A stretch of 64,000 bases of DNA. Origin: Selaginella moellendorffii (taxonomy: Eukaryota > Plantae > Lycopodiophyta). The notes beneath the pieces were generated by a model. The model did no database searches, was not told where the DNA came from, and was given only the letters and a program-made list of their open reading frames with translations. Where the stretch lies: contig NW_003314271.1 in NCBI RefSeq assembly GCF_000143415.4, forward strand, positions 248,001-312,000, given 5' to 3'. Both the position numbers and the translations under genes were made by a program. Positions 48,463 through 64,000 of this stretch are shown here, one piece after another; within the stretch, counting starts at the first letter, position 1, and every line of letters begins with the position of its first letter.

Positions 48463-50341
48463 ATGAGCATTCTCACTCCGCCTTCTTCCCCCGCGCTCTC
48501 CTCCGCCTCGGACGATTTTGCTCTCCTCCTCGATTCCGAGCTCGCCGCTGAATCTGCCGACGAAGGGTCCGAGCCCGCGGCCAACAGGGAGGAAGCGGAA
48601 GATCTCGATGACGAGAATGAGGAGAGGTAACGATCATTCTCATCTCAATGTCAGCGTGATGGATATTTCTTGCCAGGAGGAAGAGATTGCGGCTGGATTC
48701 CGCGAGCAATTGTGAGTGGAATCTTTGTTTCTTTGTTAGAATGCGGGCGCTTAGCAAAATTTCTGCGTGTGCTGTGTGTTTCAGCGAGCTGTCCTCCACA
48801 TCCCGGATTTATGTGGGGCGTTTGTATACGTTGCGGTGTGCTCAAGCCAAATTCAGAGCCTGGCGGAAGCGCCAACAACGTTGCCTTGAAATACATCCAT
48901 GAGGTAAGAGATTTCGTTGCCAGATCGTTTTTTGGTTCATCCTTCTGGTTTTAGGAGTTTGAGCTTGCTGGAGATGTTCTAGCTCGTGTTCGTGAAGACG
49001 AGCTTCGGCAAGTGTTGGGCAAACGGAAGCTCTTCCTGGTTTTGGATTTGGATCATACTCTACTGAACTCTGCGCGCTGGATGGAAGTTTTTCCAGATGA
49101 GACGGCTTACCTTGAGCACACCTACATGAATGTTCCGGAAGACAAAATACCAGCATTACCCAATGGTGCTCCAGGTATCTTGCTCCATCATTCTTTTTTT
49201 TGCTTGTTTCCAGCTTTTGTTCTTTGTATTTCAGCTGTTGCCGGTGTGATTCAACCTGGAGGGGGAGGACTGCACCGGATTCACGGCATGCAATTGTGGA
49301 CAAAGCTGCGGCCTTTCGCTCATAAGTTTCTAGAAGAAGCAAGCAAACTGTTTGAGATGTATGTGTACACAATGGGCGAGAGGATGTACGCTGTGACAAT
49401 GGCTCATCTCCTTGATCCCACCGGAAAGTTTTTCAAAGGTAGAGTCATCTCGCAACGTGACAGCACCTGTAGACAGACGAAGGACCTGGACATCGTTCTT
49501 GGAGCCGACTCGGCAGTGCTCATCCTTGACGATACAGAAGCGGTACTTATTTCTTAAGTTTCTGTCTTTCGTTTTATTGGGAATGTCTGCTTCCAGGTCT
49601 GGCCGAAACATCGAGCCAATCTCATTGTCATGGAACGATACCATTTCTTCCAGTCAAGCTGCCGGCAATTTGGTTTGGAAAACCCGTCTCTCACGAAGGC
49701 CGAGAGGGACGAAAGCAAAGACGAAGGCGCGCTAGCAAACGTGCTCAAAGTCTTGCAAAGGATCCACAGCGACTTTTTCATGGTTTGTTTTAGCTTTTTC
49801 GAAAGAAATTTTTTTTTTCTGGAAAGCTGCCACTTGCATCACTTTCCTTTCTCTACTGTCGCAGGAAAGCGATGATTCTCGTTACACTTGCGACGTCCGG
49901 GATGTAAGTCATTATCTCTTCGTTCTCTTCGCTGATTCCAACGCTATCCAGATTACCAGCGTCGTCCGGTCGGAGATACTCTCGGGCTGCAAGCTCGTGT
50001 TTAGCCGGATCTTCCCGACCGACTGCCTGGAACCCGAGCTCACTCCACTGTGGAGACTGTGCGTGGATCTGGGGGCCGAGTGTGTTCTAGCGCACGACGA
50101 CTCGGTCACTCACGTAGTAGCGCTGGATCGATTCACGGACAAGGCCAAGTGGGCGAAAGAGCACCGAAAGTTTTTGGTCCATCCGGCGTGGGTGGAAGCA
50201 GCGCACTCGCTGTGGAGAAGACCAAACGAGTTGGAATTCCCAGTGCGCGAAGGCCAAACGCGAGCTCCAGTGTTTACATTTGCAAAGACTGTAAATGTAG
50301 AAGTCGAAAGGAATGGGGAAGAGAAAGACCAAACAAACTAG
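48463..50341 (+). CDS. CPL4: RNA polymerase II CTD phosphatase-like (FCP1 + BRCT), CPL4-like
   Basis: SDDFALLLDSEL, CPPHPG...CIRCG, LVLDLDHTLLNS, TKLRP, YTMGER, ILDD and BRCT VTHVVA...W. Confidence 0.92.
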
Positions 50342-50460
50342 AACGATGAAATAGCTTGTGAGTGATATAGAATATTCGAAGTATGACTGGAATATTCTTT
50401 TATTTTTTGTGTGTCTTTGTGTAGATCTAGGGTTCATCAATCTGCGGTGCTGGGAGAGCT

Positions 50461-53431
<2,971 letters not shown>

Positions 53432-54452
53432 GATAGAACTGGTTTTCTCCACCCGTAAATAACGTCTCGTCGCGCTTGGTAAAAAACCATTCTTTTCTTT
53501 GCGTCCAAGCTCTCCATAGGTGGTTCTCTGCGCAATATTTATATACTACTCCTGGTATTTTTTTTGCTTTGAGCTAAGTTTGTTCCAGTGGCAGTGGCAG
53601 CAGCAAACTCTCACGATCTAGCTACTGTCACTCCAGGCTTTATCAGTTGCTTGGAATCTATACTCTCTTGGGACTCAAGTAAGCGATGCGCCAACCATGA
53701 CAGCATTCATGAATGGGGCCATCCATCCCCATCCATGCATGTGTCATAGCCATGGCATATGCGCCATACGTTCAAGGTATATAATGCTGGAGCCAGCGCA
53801 TGGTCATGGGTCCCATGCCCGCATGATAATGACCATGGCCATAAACGCGACACATGCCACAAAACCAACGGTGTCGGTGGCGTGGCATATTCGCGTGGCA
53901 TCTTTTTCCTTGTACGAAATTTTCTGCCAGAGTGAGTACGGAAGGCCGAGGATCCAGCGTCTCTGTCCAAAGCACACGAGGAACATTAAGAAATTTTCAC
54001 CTATGTGGCGAGGCTAGCGTTGTAAATGTAATTTACGCTATCACGCGGGCTTTACCATGGGTCAAAGCAAATAAGAAAGGAAGATAGCCCTTTACACGGG
54101 ATATATTATTTTAATCTCGCGGTAACTACTGTTCTTGTGTGTGTGGTGGCTCTGTTCTTTCTTCCAGGCGCTAGGTCTAGCGCTTTGGAGGAGTGTGATT
54201 CTAGCAAGACGATGCTGCCGCCGCCGGGATCTGCTGTGGATTGCTCCCGCGCCATCTCCACCTCCCGAAATCTGGGGCTTCGGCGCCGCTGCGCAACGCG
54301 CTCCTGATCTCGTGGAGCCGGGAATCCATCCGATCCGGCTGGGGCGCGCCGGGCATTCCGATCTGATGCGTGCCGCCAGGTGCTAGATAGATTCTCCTCA
54401 TCGCGTCAAGAAGGGGGAGCGAAATTTCAGGATTGCGCGTGGATTAGCGGCA

Positions 54453-56245
54453 ATGTCGGACAGTAGCAGCGGCTCGGCGTCATGTAGCAGTGATTCTATC
54501 TCCGGCGGCAGCACGGATTCCATCTGCCTCGACTTGGGCATGGTTCCATGGGGAGGACAGGTAATATAACGGTTTCTTCGTAGAATGTAGGCTATGGCTT
54601 TCACGAATTGCTAGAATTTGAGGTGGGAGCTAGCTCCTTGTTTTTCCCCTTGTGTGTCTTTTTGGATGATCCTTACAAATTTTCTTCTCTTTGTTTTTCT
54701 TTGGGCAGAGTCATCTAGTATCAACTTCTTACGGCCCAATTTCTGTGATTGTTTGTGGCGACCAGGACAAACCTGGGCTTCTTACGTACCCAGACTTGGC
54801 TCTCGATAGTAAGTGTTTCTTTCTTTGTTCCTCTTTCACTAAAGCAGCTATATCCATTCTTTTTTTTTTCCTTTCTTTTGAGCAGCTGCTTCTTGTTTCG
54901 ATGGATTTTTCTCATGCCCGGAAACGTCGTCTCTGGTGTTTCACAACTTTTGCATTTATCATATTGAGGCTCCGGGTCACGAGGTTCGTACTTTCGTGAG
55001 AGAAGGTGTGAGAGAAGTTAGAAATTTCTTTTAATTCTTCTTCTTTCGGTTGCAGGTCGGTGCTCCTGCGGTGCCATCCAACGCACGCCTTCTTTCGGTG
55101 GATGACTTGGCAGATCAAGTTGCCGAAGTCTGCGACTATTTTGCGTATGTACAGTTCTTCCTTGTGGACTTTTATCTTATTCAGCTGTTCGTGTTGTTTA
55201 TTTCAGGTTGCAAGAGGTGATATGCTTGGGCGTAGCGGCTGGTGCGTATATCCTCTCGTTGTTTGCGGTGAGCAGCTTTTCCTTGTCATCTGGACTTTGA
55301 TTAATCTAGTTTTCGTGCACGCAGATGAAGTACCGGGAGCGTGTGCTTGGCCTTGTTCTGGTCTCACCAATCTGCCGAGCTCCAAGCTGGTCAGAGTGGC
55401 TATACGACAAGGTTGGTTGGATTTGAAATGTCATATCAGTATACTGAAAGATTCCTTGTACCAGGCGGTCATCAATTTGCTCTATTTCATGGGAATGTGT
55501 TCATTCGTTCGGGACAGTCTTTTAGAAAGATATCTTAGTCCAGTAAGGAGATTGCTAGCTTTCCTAGTTCCGATTGGTTGGCTCATCACGTCATGATCTT
55601 GCGTAGGATACTTTAGCGTCCGGAGAGTCGGGAGCCCTTGCAAGATATCAGAAGGTACAGTGCAAATTCTCCCTGTGCTCTAGACAAAGCTTGTCTTGCT
55701 CGCGCAGGTTTTAGATGACAGACAAAGCAGGAACGTCATGCATTTCTGGCAATCGCTCCACAGGTAAAACTGTTCAGCGCAAGCTTTTATTTACAGCGCG
55801 CTCAAAGCTGTGTTTCACTCGGACAGGAGAAAGGACCTGACGGCGGGGCTGATGAATCTCAAGTGCCGGACGCTCGTGTTTGTGGGGGAGCACTCACCGT
55901 TTTACAACGAGGCGGTCTACGTGAACTCTCAAATGCCATCGACGTCCACGGCGCTAGTGGCGGTAAGCATTCAAAGTTCCAAAGGTCTAAACGTGATTCC
56001 ACCACCCGCAGGTCCAAGAGGCTGGCACGCTAGTGACGGAAGAACAGCCACTGTCGATGCTAGTCCCCATGGAGTACTTTTTGAAGAGCTTTGGGTTTGG
56101 CAAGCCGCCGTCGACGAGCCAGAACTCGTCCCCGCCGACGAGCCCGCTCAGCTTGCTGCCTTGCATTTCCCCGGAGCTGCTTTCTCCCGAGAGTCTTGGC
56201 CTCAAGCTCAAGCCCATCAAAACCAAAGCTCCAGTCGATGATTAG
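54453..56245 (+). CDS. NDL: NDR/NDRG-family (N-MYC downregulated-like) alpha/beta-hydrolase-fold protein
   Basis: [48 protein letters not shown] and [20 protein letters not shown]. Confidence 0.93.
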
Positions 56246-56740
56246 ATTCGTGGCTCCTCCTCGCCATCGCCATTTATCCCGGTGTTCATCACTCCGGCCA
56301 TTTCTTCCTCATTCCTCTTTTCTTTTCTTGTACAAGATTGTCTGTGCTCCTCTCCCATTCCTTTTTTTTTTCCTCTCTCTCTCTCTCTTTTTCTTCCTTG
56401 ACGAGAGTTGTTTGTTATTACGCGGCGGCTTATTATTGTTCAGGAATAATTGTGGCACAATTTTTTTGGGGAAGGATTCTTATGATTCCTGTAAAAAATA
56501 AAAACACAGCTCCAAAGTTGTACTGTGCGTACAACGTTTTTACTTCTCCATGGATCTTTTACAAAACAGATGTGTGTAGTTCTTTCAAGGAAAAAAAACA
56601 CAAGATCTTTGGCACAAATTTGTGTACCTGCTGTAGATTTGGCATTGTTTACTTCTCCCTTCCGATGCTATAGAGCAATAAGTTTGCGCCGCCACCTTTA
56701 GTTTCTTGCTCTAGCGCATTCGAGAGTGTGTGAGTGAATT

Positions 56741-59377
56741 TCACCTCAATGGTCGAACCAGCTCGGGTTGTAACACCAGCAGCTCGGACAAAGAGTGGTG
56801 CTGTTGCTTTCCATCCGTGTCATCGCCACTGCAAAACAAACATGGTGCTCGCTCAGTGAGTGACTACGCTCGAAGATCAAAGAGCTCGATAACTTACCAG
56901 GTTCTAGTGTCGAGGTTGAGGAGCCTGTGATTGATCCTCAAGTCGTCCGTAACGTAGCTGGCAACGAGAGCTCCAGCGTCGGGGTGAGGCCAGCTGCGAG
57001 AGCTCGCGAAACGGAGTATAAAGTTGCCCGTCTTTGGGATTCCGTCCACGCCGCGCAAGAGCTCCTCGGCCTCCTTGCGAGACACCATTCCTTCTATCCA
57101 CTTGGGAGTGACGCTCTCCCACGTCTTGCGGACCTGTGGAGTCGCCACCGTCATCGCCACGGGATAAAGCCATTGCCACAACCTGTCGAACTGCTCACGC
57201 GTTGTCGTCGCGCTTCCAGTCCCGCAGTTCTGCTGGATGAATTCGATGTCCTGAAAAAAAGGCCTTGTTTGTGATATAATCTCTTGGATACAATCGTTAC
57301 CTTAGAGGTGAAACGTCTTTTACTCTGGCCAGAGATGTTGTAGAAGCTCTCTTCCACCTTGCTCATCAAACTTGGCCATGGAGCTGAGTAGCCATCGTGA
57401 GAAACCTGCCTCCAAATGTCTTCTCCTTCTCGTAGCAGCTTCTTTGCGATCAAAACTTGATACCTGAGAAGTTAATGAAACATTAGCAACCAGGAAGGAG
57501 ATCAACGAGAATAGAAAACGAATCGCCATCATACCCGTTATGTTGGCACCCGGTATATTGAGAGACTCGGCCGGCGAATTCATGAAGCTCTTCTTCGGTT
57601 TTGCTCACAACGAGTGCTCTCAGAAATGCTGCTCGGCTGTGAATTGTTTCTAAGCAGTACTTGAATACCACGTAGTCCGAGAATGCCTTCTCCCCACAGC
57701 TGCTGTTCATGAAAGCCGGAAAGCTCTTGCGGTTTTCTGGACGTTGCTTCTTGTCCATTGCCTTGTATACACTAGCCGGAGCAGGCCGCGAGCACGTTGC
57801 AGGAGCTGGCGGAGGAGCCATTCTTTGGGATCCAACAAGACCGTCGGCACCTTTGGATATCACTGAGCCTTCTGGCGTTTTGTCTGCCGGCATCGGAAAC
57901 CGTGAAGGTAACTTATCATCTCCAATGCGTGGCGCCTTGCTTGGTTGGAACTTCGGAGCGGCCATGCCGTTGGATTCATTCGCTCGTAATGTTTCAGGTC
58001 GATCCTCTGCCGCTGAAGGTAAGGTGGTGCCATCGACCGGGTAAACGGCTGCGAAGGAACGCTTCCAGGGTGCTGAAGGTGTTCGACTATTTCTGTTTCG
58101 CGAAACGCAGCGGATCGGCCGCGAGAAAACTCTGAGAAATGGAAACTTTGGAATGTTTGGCGACTCGAAGCATACACGAAACAGTCGGTTGTCACATTTC
58201 GAGGAGAGCTGCATGCAAAAGACACAAGCTGAAAACTTTCAAAAATATCCAACCTTTGCAGCATACCTGCGAAATCTTTAGCTTAAAAGAAGCTCTGCCG
58301 TGGACTAGTTTGATAGGCCTCTCAGTAGATGGGAATTCTACTCCATCGAATGTAGTTAAAAGCGGCGCTTCTGCGTCATCTTTTGGCTTTTCAACCAGAT
58401 AGCCCGTGTCCGCATAGACAAGGGACGCGACAAGCTGCAGAAAGTGAAAGAAGTACGTGCCAATCTGATACTAGAAGAGCAAAGTCACCTCTATATCTTT
58501 GTGAATAGCTCGTCCCAAGGCATCCAACAAAACCACATCAAGAGCAAAGTTTCTGCGACATGATGCCTTGCCTCCAACGACGCTCCATACGCCATCTCCT
58601 CCTTCTTCAAGTTCATGGTCCTCGGATCCTCCAGTCGAGCCATCAAGTGACAGCTCCAGAGGTGGATTCTGTGACAAAAGTCGTCGTAAAGGAAAAACTA
58701 AAGCAAAATCAAAGGCAGTACCTTTACGTAGTGATTGGTCACGGATGGTTGCGGAAGGACACAAACATGATGTGCATATGCTTGCACAAAACCGCCACGA
58801 TTTTGTCCGTCTCCACCACTAAGTTTAACAGGTTCTACGGTCTCGTCACATGATGGAAAGCTTATTGCCTTCTCTCCAGTTACGACGCCATCAATGTGTA
58901 GACGTGCAATGTTGTGTCCAATCTACAATCAAAACATGACTTTTAGAAATCCTCCCATCTCATAAAAACTTCATCAGCAGCTACCTCACACCCAACGTGC
59001 ACCCATTTCTCAACTGGACAACTTTGATCAGCAAGTACATCGAGCTCGCTTGATTCGGTTTGGACCAAGGGATGAAGAACCAGCCGTAAATCGTTGTCGA
59101 GTGATAGAAATGGAAGCGATTGGATACTCGAAGTAGACTGCATGCATAGAAACATAGCACAGACACGCTTTAGCTCATGAGAGGAAAACAAGAGGCTTAC
59201 CTGTCGGATGATAACCCCGGGGTGTCTGTTGTTCTTCAAGAGATACATCCACAAACATAGCGTGTAAGTGCCATCCTCGCTGGTGTTCTCTCGAGTTAGA
59301 GTCACTTGCAAATCGTCTAGAGGTAAGTACTCATCGTTGTCAAACACGGCGAACGCTTTGGACAGTTTCACGGCCAT
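56741..59377 (-). CDS. Plant SH2-domain STAT-like protein (SHA/SHB family) with a putative N-terminal LamG/concanavalin-like region; ends approximate
   Basis: WIEGMVSRKEAEELL...GNFILRFASSRSWPHPDAGALVASYV...HRLL, GGKASCRRNFALDV and LSSKCDNRLF. N-terminal YTLCLWMYL...KWVHVG...RLHIDG. Confidence 0.88.
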
Positions 59378-60018
59378 GAGAAGGCGCTACTCCCCGTCTC
59401 GCACGAACTGGCATTTCACGGAAGAGAGCACGAATCAATCAGTGGTCACAAAGCTAGACTAGACGCACAGAAGAGATGGCCTAGACTTGACATCCAAAAC
59501 CCCATTAGACCTCACACCGCATCCATTCCCAGCCGCAATTCGGCGCTGCCAATCTCCAAATGTAGATTGGAGCCTCCGCCGGCTCGATAGCGCGGCGCGC
59601 GCATCCAGCGAGCGTCCAGGCCATCGACCGCAGCGATATTTCGAGCTACAACGGGAGAATCGAGCTTACCTAGTCATCCGGCGACGAAAATATCCAGGAA
59701 ATCCAGATCCGACAGCGGGAATCTGTGCTCCATCCCAGCCGCATCGCGGATCCTATGCCGCCGCGCTTCAATCCCTAGCGCATCGTAGCGGAAGAACAAA
59801 CCTTGAGTAAGACTGTGTGTGTGCGTTGCCAGCAGAGTTCATCCTTCACAGGAAAAAGAGCTCAACCTTCCTCGCCGCCGTACCTATTCTGGTTTTATGA
59901 CCGGTCACTGCCGCCATTCAGCCGGTTGTCAGTTTGCTTCATTTCGTACGAAATAGGGCTCGTGGCCGGTTAGCCTGTCAAAGCACTTACCGGTCAATCC
60001 GTACGCCCACTTAAAATT

Positions 60019-60730
60019 ATCTGTCCACCTCGGTTGCCACGTCGACTAACACGTCACTACACTTGGAGACGTTAGAGAAGTGAAATTAGGGCAGCTAGAA
60101 TGCTCAAGCTCAGAATAAGAGCATCGCGCTGGAGCGTCGCCGACATCGCAATCCTTCTGTAAATCAAAACTTCTCACAGAGGAAGAGAGAAAATCCAAAT
60201 GGAGGTTGGTATCTCTACATTTGACATGAAAGTATTTTTTCTTTGGACAATGATGGAGAGGATCTAGAGCTCTCTAGTGATTAATCCATTTCTCTAACAC
60301 TCACTCATAGTGAATTGCTACAGGACATCCTGTCGCTGAAGAAAAAGCTTTAGATACGTGCTGCCGATGATAATCTTTCTCAGTCTCTCAGGAGTTTCCA
60401 ATAGCTTAGCTCGAAGTATCCTTCAATCCAGAGTGTTAGAACTTATGAATCATAGGTACGACTGTGAAGCAAACGACATTCAGCCTGCCGATCTTAATGA
60501 AGCTGAAGGTACCAAGTTTCACCTTTCAAGTTCTCTTCATAAAACCAGCTTTCGTATTTGCAGGACGCAGTAGTCGAGCTGGTCGGCCAGCAACTCTGAC
60601 ACTGTATGCCGGCCGAGGAAGACTGCGGTCTATCGCCAACGTCATGAAAGCTTCTGGCTGTGATGGATGCTTTCCTTGCCCAAGGTTCGCAAAAGGAACC
60701 AGAAGCGTATCAGGCGAGAGCTAGCGCGTG
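60019..60730 (+). pseudogene. Chimeric relic: copy of GEN1 promoter/5' piece plus DEAD-box helicase (RH57/ROK1-like) C-terminal fragment
   Basis: 60019-60100 resembles 62870-62951, and about 60103-60133 resembles GEN1 63024-63055. GRSSRAGR...LRSIANVMKASGC resembles helicase motif VI of RH57/DDX52. Confidence 0.6.
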
Positions 60731-60879
60731 AATGACTTGCAGGTTTTTCCAGTCTCTAAGCTTCTGCAGAAACGTTCCAGGAGAAAGTTATAAGGGAGAA
60801 CATTGACAAGTCACCTGGTTGTGAGTACCACTGACGCAATGTAGCCTGCACACCAAACATTCTAAGTTAGTCTTTCATT

Positions 60880-62816
60880 GCAGCGTGTTAGCAAACGTAC
60901 CGGACAAATTGGACTGGCCTCGAGGCCTTGCTCAAGCTCCTCAAAAGAGATGAGCATTTTCACAGGTCTTAAATGTGACAAGGTGCTCACAGCTCTTCCA
61001 TCCGAGTATCCAATAAGCTCGCGCTCCAACAAGTGCTCAAAGGCCTACTCCATGTAAAACATTTGGTTAGGAGCGACTGAAAGTTTTCAGGAAATTGAAA
61101 ACCTTGTAAGCAGCCTTTTTCGAATAGGAATCGGAACTCTTATAACCATCTTGATACTCTGCAAGAACAATTTGAGCGAGAATATGGTTTAAGTCAGTGG
61201 CTTTTACCTTTGAAAACAGAGTTGAAGGTATAGGTGTCACGCTCTTTGTTCTCCAGACGCTTCATTGATGTAAGCAGAAAAAGCTCGAGCACAGACAAAT
61301 CTATATGAGTAAACCATTAGATGAAATAAACGAGAGCCATTTCAGCAGCTACCAGCAAGTGCGCAAATTGTCGGTGGATGTTTTGGTGTTGTAGACTTGG
61401 TGTTTTTTAAGTAGTCCAACAGGTTCCGAAAGCTACATAGAAGTTGAAGATCAATGAACTGTAATGAATAGCTTACTCACACTGAGTCAATAATATTTCT
61501 TGGACTAGAATCAAGTGCTGCCAGCTTATTCACGAGCTCTTTCGTGGTCTCCATTTGTAGCCAGGCCTAAGAAACAATGAGGACTTCTAATTTTCACAAG
61601 AAAGAGAGGCTACTACCGAGATTTTTGCGTTGAAAGCGTTGGCATGCTGAGCCAGGTTTGCAGATGAATCGACTGGAATAACTAGTACCGCTTCCAGAAA
61701 CCTGACGACAGAGCGGAAATATGCACTAAAATTTGATGAAAATGAAAGCTTACCTGGTGATCTCTTCACTAGGAGGAGGAAGAAAAAGGATCTTGCGTTG
61801 TGAAAAACGAGATCTTACTCGTTTTTCTAAGAGTTGGTCGGCATCCTAGAGAGGAACAATAAGAGAAAAAGAGTTTCTAAGATATATATATACCAGTCTG
61901 CAGCTGATACCAATTACAGCTGCTTGGGAAGAGGGCGATTGCAACAGATCCAACAAGTTGTACAGAAGGGACTGCTTTGGTTTCTGCAAACAAGAGACAA
62001 GGTAGATGCAAGAACCAGTTTCAGCACAAAAAACCTGCGCAAAAAGATCGAATTCGTCCAGAACAAGAACAAGGGCCTTGTGTGAGAGAGAAAACTGCCT
62101 GGGAGGACACTTAAGCACATAAAAATGGAACCTTGGTCACGTAAAAGAGGCACGTACTCCAGAATGACAGTCAGGAAGCGCAAGTTCTCCTCAAAGGATG
62201 CCTGCGGGGAGAAAGAGCGTGAATAAAGGAAAATAATTCCAAAGAACTCACAGCTTTGGAAAACTCGAGCTCGTGTTCCACGCATAGTTGCTTTGCAATC
62301 TCCTGGCATCAACATCACTCAAAACGTTATTCGTGAAAAGCGAGCGACTTCATACACACCTTTAAGGCACTTCGATCATCGGCATGTAAAAGACCATTCA
62401 GCCTAACCTGAGAACGAAAACAACAGAACAAAAGTTTTAGAGGTGAGATAACAAACAAAAGATCTTCCCTACGATCGAAATTCGATCCGGAAAAGTCTCC
62501 TGGATTTCTCTCAAAACGTGCTCGAGCACCTACATTGGGTGCTAATGTTAAAACCAGAAAGAAACCAATGTAGCTAGAACGGGTACCATGGATTTACCAC
62601 AGCCTCGGGGCCCAAGAAGCAACGCTGAATTGTTGCACGCTTGACAAATCGTGTGCCTGAAAAGATCATACAGTTTCCTGGAGAGGAAAAAAGTTGCGCC
62701 GAGCGACCAAAACTCGAAAATTCGCCCCACCTTCGATTCTCCTCGGCGCTTGCGAACACCGGAGACGCTCGCGGATCGTAGAGCCGGCAACGGAGAATCT
62801 GCATTGCCGCGTCCAT
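60880..62816 (-). CDS. ORC4: Origin recognition complex subunit 4, multi-exon; 3' end approximate
   Basis: CNNSALLLGPRGCGKS, LNGLLHADD, ASFEENL.FL, VLDEFDLFAQ, KQSLLYNLLD, LEKRVRSRFS and AFEHLLERELI. Confidence 0.93.
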
Positions 62817-62959
62817 CGTAAACCCAAGAACCCTAAAAATGAAAATGCTCTTAGCTACGTGGCAGGGGAATCTGTCCACCTCTGTTGCCACGTCGACTGA
62901 CACGTCACAACACTTGGTATAGAGAAGGGGGAAAGTTTAGGGCAGCTAGAAAGGAATCC

Positions 62960-64000
62960 ATGGGCGTTGGGGGAGGATTTTGGGAGCTCGTCAAGCCGCT
63001 GCGCCATAGCTCCGACGATCTGTCAACGCTTCAGGATAAGCGCCTCGCGATCGATCTGTCGCATTGGATCGTCCAGCAGGAGGCCGTGCTCAAAGACAGG
63101 GCGCGCAAGCCTCACTTGCGTCTTTTGTTCTTCCGCGTCGTCACGCTTGTTGCCAAGGCAAGATTGCCGGTTTTTCTGCTCGATTTCTCAAGAAATTTTC
63201 ACTCCAGGTCGGTGCATTGCCTGTTTTCGTGGTGGATGGAGACGCGCCATTGCTGAAGCTGCCTGCGAGGATCGAGCGCTTCAGTCGCTTGTCCGGAATT
63301 CCTGCCGCTCAGCTGAATGGAGGTGATAATCATCGGAATCGGGCTTTCCTCGAGAATGTAGAAGAGTGTGTGGTAAGTTTTCTTACGTCCATGAAGATTT
63401 CCTTCACGAAAGTTTCTCTCTATAGGAACTTCTGGGCTTGCTCAACGTACCGGTGTTACGTGCAACGAGCGAGGCGGAAGCCTTGTGTGCGGAGCTGGAG
63501 CGAAATGGCGTTGTAGACGCTTGTGTGACACCCGACAGTGATGCATTTCTTCACGGTGCGAGCTGTGTGATTCAAACCTTGCAAGCGGACATCAAAGTAA
63601 GGTGGGGATTCTTCTCTAAAGCTGCTGTAATTGTGGGAAGTCTGACAGAAACCTCTTGTGGAGTCGTATCTTGCTTCAGACATCAGACTTGCGTTGCAAC
63701 TCGAACGAGAACATCTTATTGCGTTAGCTCTCCTCGTAGGTTGCGACTACAATTTGCGTGGAATACCTGGTGTTGGCTACAGCAATGCAATGCGCCTAGT
63801 TCAGCATTTTTCTAAAGACGAGATCCTTGACAAGTAAGCCGGTTTTTATCTTTTATTTTTGTTGTCTTATTGCTATCGATCTTAATTTCCTTGCTAATGG
63901 ATCAGTCTTCGAAAATGGGGAAGGCGTGAGTATCCATCACCAGAAGTTATAGGAAAATTAAGTGATTCGGCAAATGGATTCGACAGCAAAGAAGGAGATG
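62960..64000 (+). CDS. GEN1: XPG/FEN-family Holliday junction resolvase GEN1 (runs off the window)
   Basis: MGVGGGFWELVKP, LAIDLSHWIVQ, PHLRLLFFR, PVFVVDG, EAEALCA, DSDAFLHGA and H3TH LLVGCDY...GIPGVG. Confidence 0.95.

Noticed and set aside
53690-53900. CATG/CCATGG-rich patch as a MITE or hairpin RNA
   Set aside because: No clear terminal inverted repeats, TSD or extended stem could be established by eye.

Overview
Eukaryotic land-plant DNA. The very short introns (about 50-100 nt), tight gene packing and PLS-class PPR style suggest a lycophyte such as Selaginella (inference only). The left 24 kb is repeat-rich. It holds a young non-autonomous LTR element with a minisatellite in its LTR, a disrupted duplicate of a 2OG-Fe(II) dioxygenase/OEP80 segment hit by a TRIM plus Ty3/gypsy composite (two assembly gaps), a heavily deaminated orphan 5.8S-ITS2-26S rDNA relic, and old LTR remnants. 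The right 39 kb is gene-dense: DMR6-like 2OGD, OEP80/Toc75-V, nucleoredoxin, a PWI-only gene, a PPR gene, a trihelix TF, a WOX homeobox gene, GH47 alpha-1,2-mannosidase, CPL4-like phosphatase, V-ATPase A, NDL, an SH2/STAT-like protein, ORC4 and GEN1, plus scrambled gene fragments. The most striking candidates are (1) a WOX13-type homeodomain with His50 that splices in frame to a long exon carrying a CACTA TnpA-like domain, a possible domesticated transposon-TF fusion, and (2) a TRIM that shares a hybrid LTR with an adjacent gypsy element, its probable helper. All family assignments come from motif recognition by eye, not database searches.
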